A DNA stretch of 24,000 nucleotides from Tamlana crocina. GTDB lineage: Bacteria; Bacteroidota; Bacteroidia; Flavobacteriales; Flavobacteriaceae. The stretch lies in the NCBI GenBank assembly GCA_040429635.1, contig CP158972.1:9918-33917 (forward strand), in the 5' to 3' direction. Position numbers and translations under genes: made by a program. The notes beneath the pieces are model-generated. The model was given only the letters and a program-made list of their open reading frames with translations. It was not told the DNA's origin and did not search any database. This document shows positions 18,140 through 24,000 of the stretch, in pieces. How positions within the stretch are numbered: the stretch's first letter is position 1; the number at the start of each line of letters is the position of its first letter.

Positions 18140-18147
18140 TATATTTG
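18140..18147 (+). promoter_or_regulatory. Candidate -7 box TAtaTTTG for the beta-barrel gene
   Basis: Matches TAnnTTTG and lies 27 nt upstream of ATG 18174. A TTTG at 18111-18114 could be a -33 element, but the spacing is long. Confidence 0.45.
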
Positions 18148-18173
18148 CCCACTCAAATTTTAAATTAGGATAC

Positions 18174-18689
18174 ATGAAAAGATTCATTTTTTTAATCGCA
18201 GTATTAAGCGTTTCATTAGTTAACTCACAAGCCTTTACCGGTGCAAACGACAATAAATTTCAAGTGGGCGCCAACTTTCAAAACAATGGCACAGGCCTTA
18301 ACATAAGTTACGATTTTGGTATTGGCGAAAATATTTCTGTCGGTATATCGTCCACCTACCTTTTGGGCATCCATGAAAACCTAAAAAACAATGCAGATGA
18401 CGATTTAAACGCCGATTTCGATAACCGTTTTGATGTACGTGCCCGTTTTAACGCCAACTTGGGCAATGTGATAAATGTAGATGAAAACTTTGATGTGTAC
18501 CCCGGTTTAAGCCTCGGCCTTAAAAACTTTGGCGGACACCTTGGTGCGCGTTACTTTTTTACAGATGGTTTTGGTATTTATACCGAACTTAACGTGCCAT
18601 TGGCCAAATATAAAACCGAAAACCTAACAGCTCCCGAAAAATTGCACAACCAGTTTAGCATTAATTTGGGTACGGTTTTTAATCTATAA
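18174..18689 (+). CDS. Small secreted outer-membrane beta-barrel-like protein
   Basis: MKRFIFLIAVLSVSLVNSQA is a signal peptide. The rest has alternating G/aromatic beta-strand-like segments and a C-terminal aromatic near the end (LGTVFNL). The upstream in-frame ATG at 18135 gives a non-signal N-terminus and overlaps the promoter box. Confidence 0.55.
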   Translation: MKRFIFLIAVLSVSLVNSQAFTGANDNKFQVGANFQNNGTGLNISYDFGIGENISVGISSTYLLGIHENLKNNADDDLNADFDNRFDVRARFNANLGNVINVDENFDVYPGLSLGLKNFGGHLGARYFFTDGFGIYTELNVPLAKYKTENLTAPEKLHNQFSINLGTVFNL

Positions 18690-18711
18690 GAAATTACATT
18701 CAAAATTATTG

Positions 18712-18747
18712 AAAGCGGATAGCCCATTGGTTTTATCCGCTTTTTTT
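18712..18747. terminator. Bidirectional terminator between the convergent beta-barrel gene and recX
   Basis: AAAGCGGATA-12 nt-TATCCGCTTT, a 10-bp stem, followed by a T-run. Confidence 0.8.
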
Positions 18748-18761
18748 ATGGGCATAAAACA

Positions 18762-19235
18762 CTACTGAATCAATTCAGAAGCTTTTTCATACACCAAATG
18801 CGATTCCCAGCCTCTATACAACAGATAATCGATTAATTTTTTGCGTTTCTTAAAAACGTTGCTCTCTTTTATGGAATTGGCTTTTTTTTCGGCTAAACCA
18901 TGGAAAACCTCGATGTACTCCGCATCCGAAATTTCTGCAAGTGCCTCATTTATATTAATTTTGCTTAGGCCCTTTTGCTTAAGCACATAAGCCATTCGGC
19001 CGCGCCCCCATTTCTTAATTCTAAACTTACCGCTTACAAATGTTTTGGCGTAACGCGACTCGTTAAGATAGTTATGCTCTAACAAATGGACCACAATCAC
19101 ATCGATGGCTTCGGGTATCATGTGCATGGCCACCAGTTTTTGCCGCACTTCTTGATGGCAGCGTTCTTGGTACGCGCAGTAGTGCTCCATTTTTTGGGTA
19201 GCTTCCTGTACCGTATATGTTTTTTTGGTTTGCAT
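18762..19235 (-). CDS. recX: Recombination regulator RecX
   Basis: YCAYQERCHQEVRQKL, LLEHNYLNESRYAKTFVSGKFRIKKWGRGRMAYVLKQKGL and DYLLYRGW are RecX helical-repeat signatures. The start is placed at MQTKKTY (19235) because the longer ORF would overlap the candidate promoter box. Confidence 0.8.
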   Translation of the reverse strand: MQTKKTYTVQEATQKMEHYCAYQERCHQEVRQKLVAMHMIPEAIDVIVVHLLEHNYLNESRYAKTFVSGKFRIKKWGRGRMAYVLKQKGLSKININEALAEISDAEYIEVFHGLAEKKANSIKESNVFKKRKKLIDYLLYRGWESHLVYEKASELIQ

Positions 19236-19286
19236 AACAAGCCAAAAATAACAATTGTATTGAACAAAAAACAACATATATAAAAC

Positions 19287-19294
19287 CAAATCTA
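19287..19294 (-). promoter_or_regulatory. Candidate -7 box TAgaTTTG for recX
   Basis: The reverse complement of caaatcta matches TAnnTTTG and lies 52 nt upstream of ATG 19235. Confidence 0.4.
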
Positions 19295-19338
19295 TCGTAT
19301 AAGGCTTTGCCTAAATAAAGATTTTAAACTTAACGGTT

Positions 19339-21768
19339 ATGAAAAACATTACTCTTATTCTTGTTGCCCTATTTACTTTTAATTTTGTGGGGGGGCAGAC
19401 CACTTTAGCTGAAGGCGATATTGCTATAACAGGTGTTATAGCAGACAACCCGGATGAATTTTCTTTTGTATTACTTACCGACATACTTGCTGGAACTGAA
19501 ATTCATTTCACAGATTGCGGTTGGTTTGCGACAGGCGGATTTAGAAATTACAATAGTTCCAATGGAAGAATTGGAGAAGGAATTGTCAATTGGACCGCCA
19601 CAACTGATTTATCGTGCGGTACAGAAATAATTATTACTGATACCGGTTCAAATACTCATTCAGCGACAAGTGGGGCTGCTTTAGAAGTTTCTGACACGGG
19701 TTTTAATCTTGCTAGTGCAGGAGATCAAATAATAGCTTTTCAAGGAACGACTGAATCCCCCGTTTTTTTGTTTGCTGTTCATTTTGGAAATGATGTCGGT
19801 TGGACTGATGTAACAGGAACTAATGACAGCGCTGTTCCAGCAGGCTTAACTGAAGGAGTAAATGCCGTTAATTTGGGTAATTTTGACAACAGTAACTACC
19901 AATGTACAGTTACAAGCAACCAAACATTAATTTTAGAAGCCGTTGCCACTGTAAATGCTACCAATTGGTATCAAACCAATTCTAATTCGGCAGTTAACCG
20001 ACCTACTCTTGGCGGTTGTTCTTATACCTGCGACGCCCCCGCAACATGTTTATCTACTGCAACATGGAATGGATCTTGGGTCGGCACTCCAGATTTAACA
20101 ACTGAAGTTACAATATCCGCTCCCTATAACACAGGCGTTGATGGTAGTTTTCAAGCATGCTCTTTAACCGTAGATTCTGGTGCGACCCTTACCGTTAACA
20201 ACGGCACATATATTGAAGTTGAAAACGATGTTACTGTTGACGATGCAAGCTTTATCAATGTTGAAAGCTCTGGTAACTTTGTTCAAAACGACAGCAACGG
20301 TACGTTCAACCTATTAGGCACAGGGCTTGGAAGAGTGATAAAGCAAACACCTCCAAAAGCCGCTTGGTACTATTATACGTATTGGAGCTCACCAGTAACT
20401 AATGAAACCATTGCTGACGCATTCCCGAATGTTGATGGCGACCGTCGTTTTTGGTTTAACGCAGCTAATTTTAACGATGGCAACGGCGATGATATTGACG
20501 ACAATAATAACGACTGGGACTATGCTTTGGGTGGAACAACAATGATTCCCGGAGTCGGCTATGCGTCAACAGAACCGAGATTTCACTTTCCTGGAGGAAC
20601 TGGAACAGCCACTTTTGAAGGCGAATTTAATACTAGAGATATTGATGTAAACATTGATTTAGACCCACTCAACCCCGGTATAAAATGGAATTTTATTGGC
20701 AACCCTTACCCATCAGCTATTGATTTTGTGGCCTTCCATGCTGCAAATTCTTCGGTACTTGAAGGTGTGGCCTATTTTTGGTCGCAGTCTACCCCTCCGG
20801 ATAGATCAAACCCCGGAAACCAAGAATTAAACTTTAGCAATAACGATTATGCAACTTTTACAGTTGGAACAGGTGGTGTAGCAGGTGGTGTAGCTTCCGA
20901 AATACCGACAGGTTACGTGGCCTCTGCTCAAGGTTTTTTCATTCCTGCCATAACGCCAGGAACGGCAACATTTACCAACGCCATGCGAATAGCGAATGGA
21001 ACAAGTAACACTCAATTTTTCAAAGGAGGCAATAAATCGAAAAGAACCAATGCCCGAAACCCTTTAGAAAACAGGTTGTGGGTAAACCTAACTTCGGATA
21101 ACGGCGTGTTTAATCAAATATTGGTTGGTTATGTTGACCATGCCTCCAATGAAAACGATGGACTCATGTACGATGCACCAAAGTTACTTACACCAGACCT
21201 CTCAACGGTATTTTATTCTTTGATGGATGATGATGCAACAAAATACGTTATTCAAGGAAAAGAGATAAATAGCATTAACGAAGATGAAACCATCCAACTT
21301 GGTTTTAAAACCAAAATCAACGTAGCCACACTTTACACCCTATCGATTGCAAAAATGGAGGGCGACTTTTTAAACAGCCATTCGGTGTTTGTAAAAGACA
21401 ACTTATTGAATAAAGTACACGACTTAACGGTTTGCGATTATACCTTTACTTCCGAAACGGGCGAATTCAATAACCGTTTTGAAATTGTATTTAAAGCCGA
21501 CGCGCTTTCAACCGCCAATGCTTTGGTAAACCCAAGCCAATTAAAAATCGTAGAACTTGAAAACGACAACGTACAGTTTACCGCTCCCAACGGATTAGGT
21601 ATTAAAACCGTATCGTTGTTCGATTTGTTTGGTCGCCAGCTTTACCAATTTAACGGTCAAAACGATAGCGAAGTGTTTAACCTATCTAACTTAAACAGTA
21701 CAGTGTTTGTGGCTAAGGTTGTGCTTTCCAATGGCACGGTTATTAGCAAAAAGGCGATAAAAAAGTAA
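19339..21768 (+). CDS. Large secreted surface protein with a T9SS type-A C-terminal sorting domain
   Basis: The signal peptide is MKNITLILVALFTFNFVGGQ. The last ~80 aa (IKTVSLFDLFGRQLYQFNG...VFVAKVVLSNGTVISKKAIKK) fit the Por/T9SS CTD pattern. The body is Thr/Asn/Gly-rich and beta-rich. Confidence 0.8.
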   Translation: MKNITLILVALFTFNFVGGQTTLAEGDIAITGVIADNPDEFSFVLLTDILAGTEIHFTDCGWFATGGFRNYNSSNGRIGEGIVNWTATTDLSCGTEIIITDTGSNTHSATSGAALEVSDTGFNLASAGDQIIAFQGTTESPVFLFAVHFGNDVGWTDVTGTNDSAVPAGLTEGVNAVNLGNFDNSNYQCTVTSNQTLILEAVATVNATNWYQTNSNSAVNRPTLGGCSYTCDAPATCLSTATWNGSWVGTPDLTTEVTISAPYNTGVDGSFQACSLTVDSGATLTVNNGTYIEVENDVTVDDASFINVESSGNFVQNDSNGTFNLLGTGLGRVIKQTPPKAAWYYYTYWSSPVTNETIADAFPNVDGDRRFWFNAANFNDGNGDDIDDNNNDWDYALGGTTMIPGVGYASTEPRFHFPGGTGTATFEGEFNTRDIDVNIDLDPLNPGIKWNFIGNPYPSAIDFVAFHAANSSVLEGVAYFWSQSTPPDRSNPGNQELNFSNNDYATFTVGTGGVAGGVASEIPTGYVASAQGFFIPAITPGTATFTNAMRIANGTSNTQFFKGGNKSKRTNARNPLENRLWVNLTSDNGVFNQILVGYVDHASNENDGLMYDAPKLLTPDLSTVFYSLMDDDATKYVIQGKEINSINEDETIQLGFKTKINVATLYTLSIAKMEGDFLNSHSVFVKDNLLNKVHDLTVCDYTFTSETGEFNNRFEIVFKADALSTANALVNPSQLKIVELENDNVQFTAPNGLGIKTVSLFDLFGRQLYQFNGQNDSEVFNLSNLNSTVFVAKVVLSNGTVISKKAIKK

Positions 21769-21775
21769 ACTTTTC

Positions 21776-21816
21776 AAGACCTGATAGATTTTAAAAATCT
21801 ATTAGGTCTTGTTTTA
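21776..21816 (+). terminator. Rho-independent terminator after the T9SS substrate gene
   Basis: AAGACCTGATAGATTT-taa-AAATCTATTAGGTCTT (15/16 paired), followed by gtttta. Confidence 0.8.
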
Positions 21817-22055
21817 TTAAACACAACTAATTCTCACGTTACTCCTCAGAACTGTAAGGATTAAATAACTCGATGAATGTTTTTAAACCTGTAGTTTGCC
21901 AATTAGAGCGTTTTTAAGTGGGTTGGTAGTAGATTAACAACTCCACATCTCTGTGGCTCCCCTTAAGGGGCAATTGCTGTGTGTTCTAACTACACCTTGC
22001 TTTTAAAATAAGGATTCCTATGGTTTCGTATCTGACGCTTTTAGGTTATGAGTGG

Positions 22056-22082
22056 TGTCCCTTGAGGGGACTTTAGGGGTGT
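22056..22082. repeat. Left inverted repeat flanking the DUF559 gene
   Basis: The sequence is TGTCCCTTGAGGGGACTTTAGGGGTGT. Its reverse complement matches 22457-22484 at about 24 of 28 aligned positions. It contains the ORF stop codon. Confidence 0.65.
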
Positions 22083-22447
22083 TTTTCAGTCAATTCTTTT
22101 ACGGTTTCTTCAATAACCAACAGAACACTAAACATATTATTTTTGACCTCGTCGTTGGTAAACCTTAAAAACTTTACACCATAGGCTTCTAATTCGGCTT
22201 GTCGTTTTGCATCATACAAAAAGGAATGGTCATGACTTTTTCCATCAATTTCTATGGCCAAGCCGATTTCGTGGCAATAAAAATCGGCAATGTAGTTTAA
22301 CATAGGAACTTGTCGATGAAACTGAACACCAAACGCACGTTGTTTAATCTTTTGCCATAATAACACTTCTGGTAAGGTGCTATTTTTTCTTAACTGCCTT
22401 GCTAGTAGTTTTAACTTTGGGTTGTATGGAATTATTTTGTTTCTCAT
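22073..22447 (-). CDS. DUF559 (Vsr-like) endonuclease domain protein
   Basis: LARQLRKNSTLPEVLLWQKIKQR...FHRQVPMLNYIADFYCHEIGLAIEIDGKSHD...DAKRQAELEAYGVKFLRFTNDEV is the canonical DUF559 layout. Confidence 0.85.
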   Translation of the reverse strand: MRNKIIPYNPKLKLLARQLRKNSTLPEVLLWQKIKQRAFGVQFHRQVPMLNYIADFYCHEIGLAIEIDGKSHDHSFLYDAKRQAELEAYGVKFLRFTNDEVKNNMFSVLLVIEETVKELTEKHP

Positions 22448-22456
22448 TTTTTACTG

Positions 22457-22484
22457 ACACCCCTGTAGTCCCCTCTAGGGGACA
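22457..22484. repeat. Right inverted repeat flanking the DUF559 gene
   Basis: The sequence is ACACCCCTGTAGTCCCCTCTAGGGGACA and includes the hairpin GTCCCCT-ct-AGGGGAC. It lies 9 nt upstream of the ORF start. Confidence 0.65.
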
Positions 22485-22598
22485 TTTTAGCTTGTTTGCG
22501 AATATTTTTTCTGTAAATATTTCAAACAATAGAATTTTTAAGGCAATTGATTTTTCAAGTCTGAGTAGTGTCCCCTGGACGGATAGGAATGTTAAAAC

Positions 22599-24000
22599 CT
22601 AATGCGCCTCCAACCAATCATTACCAGTCCCTAAATCAACATCCAACGGAACAGCAAGTTTATAGGCGTTTTCCATTTCGGTCTTTACTAGGCTTTTAAT
22701 GGTGTCGAGTTCGGGTTTGTAAACATCAAAAACCAATTCGTCATGTACTTGCAGTAACATTTTAGTTTTAAAATCGCCTTCATTCAATTTTTGGTGAATA
22801 GCAATCATGGCCAGTTTAATAATATCGGCAGCACTCCCTTGAATGGGGGCATTTACGGCGTTGCGTTCGGCAGCACCGCGCACCACGGCGTTTCTGGAAT
22901 TGATGTCCTTTAAATACCTACGACGGCCCAAAACCGTTTGCACATAACCATTATCGCGGGCAAAATCCACTTGGGTGCTGATGTATTTTTTAAGTTTAGG
23001 ATAGGTTTCGTAATAGGTGTCGATTAATTCTTTGGCCTCGCTTCGCGATAAATCCGTTTGGTTGCTTAGACCGAAAGCGGAAACCCCATAAATAATTCCG
23101 AAGTTTACCGTTTTGGCATTGCTACGCTGCTCGCGCGTTACTTCGGCAATAGGCACATTAAACACTTTTGAAGCTGTGGAAGCATGAATATCTTCGCCGT
23201 TTTTGAAAGCCTCAATCATGGTTTCTTCTTCACTTAAAGCGGCTATGATGCGAAGTTCAATCTGGCTATAATCGGCAGCCAACAGAATATAATCTTCATT
23301 TCTTGGCACAAAGGCTTTCCGCACTTGTCGGCCACGTTCGGTACGGATGGGGATGTTCTGTAAGTTGGGGTTGTTGCTACTTAAACGTCCCGTAGCGGCA
23401 ACCGTTTGCATGTAGTCAGTGTGTACGCGTCCCGTTGATGGATCTACCTGCAAAGGGAGTGCGTCCACGTAGGTGCTCTTTAATTTTGAAAGCCCCCTGA
23501 AATCCAAAATTTGCTGAATGATGTCGTGGTCTTTGGCCAAGTAGCTTAAAATATCCTCGGATGTGGCGTATTGTCCTGTTTTTGTTTTTTTTGGTTTATC
23601 CACCAATTTCATTTTTTCAAACAAAATGATGCCTAACTGCTTTGGGGAAGCAATGTTGAATTCTTCACCAGCAGCTTCATAAATGCTTTTTTCAAGACTG
23701 GCAATGTCGTTATTCAATTGCTCCGAAAGGGAGTTTAAAAAGTCTTTATCTAAATTGATGCCCTCCAATTCCATAGCGGCCAAGACGCGCAGCAACGGAA
23801 TTTCAATATCATCAAACAAGGTTTGCGTATTGGCCTCGCCCAATTCATTTTGAAAATGTTCTTTGAGCTGAAGGGTGATATCGGCATCCTCAACGGCATA
23901 TTCGGTTTGTTGTTCCAAAGGCACCTCGCGCATCGATAGCTGATTTTTACCTTTTTTTCCAATAAGGGTTTCAATGGAAATGGGCGTGTAGTTCAAATAG
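22599..24000 (-). CDS. polA: DNA polymerase I, C-terminal polymerase domain (5' end lies beyond the window)
   Basis: Motif A is LLAADYSQIELR, motif B is RSNAKTVNFGIIYGVSAFGL and motif C is LLQVHDELVFD. The frame stays open to base 24000. Confidence 0.96.
   Translation of the reverse strand, partial: YLNYTPISIETLIGKKGKNQLSMREVPLEQQTEYAVEDADITLQLKEHFQNELGEANTQTLFDDIEIPLLRVLAAMELEGINLDKDFLNSLSEQLNNDIASLEKSIYEAAGEEFNIASPKQLGIILFEKMKLVDKPKKTKTGQYATSEDILSYLAKDHDIIQQILDFRGLSKLKSTYVDALPLQVDPSTGRVHTDYMQTVAATGRLSSNNPNLQNIPIRTERGRQVRKAFVPRNEDYILLAADYSQIELRIIAALSEEETMIEAFKNGEDIHASTASKVFNVPIAEVTREQRSNAKTVNFGIIYGVSAFGLSNQTDLSRSEAKELIDTYYETYPKLKKYISTQVDFARDNGYVQTVLGRRRYLKDINSRNAVVRGAAERNAVNAPIQGSAADIIKLAMIAIHQKLNEGDFKTKMLLQVHDELVFDVYKPELDTIKSLVKTEMENAYKLAVPLDVDLGTGNDWLEAH

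Noticed and set aside
20873-20896. The GGTGGTGTAGCA/GGTGGTGTAGCT tandem repeat (GGVAGGVA) in the T9SS protein.
   Set aside because: It is a single 12-nt duplication within a Gly-rich region and has no evident significance.
21817-22055. A possible tRNA or ncRNA in the 240-bp non-coding stretch after the T9SS gene terminator.
   Set aside because: I could trace no cloverleaf, conserved tRNA boxes or recognisable riboswitch/RNA motif. Only degenerate hairpin repeats are present.
22399-22602. A 67-aa plus-strand ORF between DUF559 and polA.
   Set aside because: It overlaps the DUF559 start, runs through the repeat units, and has no start context or motifs, so it is a spurious translation of repeat DNA.

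Overview
This looks like a core chromosomal segment of a Flavobacteriia-type (Bacteroidota) genome. That placement rests on a T9SS C-terminal sorting domain, TAnnTTTG-type -7 promoter boxes, a lipoprotein with an acidic post-Cys tail, and the absence of Shine-Dalgarno sites. Gene order: a TonB-dependent receptor (5' partial) with a GDSL/SGNH lipoprotein; atpD-atpC; umuC-umuD (minus strand); a sodium:solute symporter and a small secreted protein (minus strand); a biotin cluster bioF-DUF2007-bioD-bioA-KAS-bioB; a JmjC/cupin protein; a small outer-membrane beta-barrel candidate; recX; a large T9SS-secreted surface protein; a DUF559 endonuclease-like gene; and the 3' part of polA. I found no CRISPR array, tRNA or rRNA gene, transposase, integrase or recognisable defence system, so the region is mostly ordinary housekeeping DNA. 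Four things deserve a second look. (1) The biotin cluster carries its own FabB/FabF-type condensing enzyme and a DUF2007/zinc-ribbon protein, but no recognisable bioC/H/G/W/I/Z. (2) Short palindromic repeat elements fill the bio intergenic spacers, and two copies sit in frame inside bioF and the KAS gene, sharing a 22-nt core at 21/22 identity. (3) Three genes are broken by what look like single-base deficits, two localised to short homopolymer runs (A5, A3) and the third probably at a G3 run; this suggests sequencing artefacts rather than biology. (4) The DUF559 ORF is bracketed by inverted repeats of about 28 bp. All functional calls come from motif recognition by eye. No database search was run.
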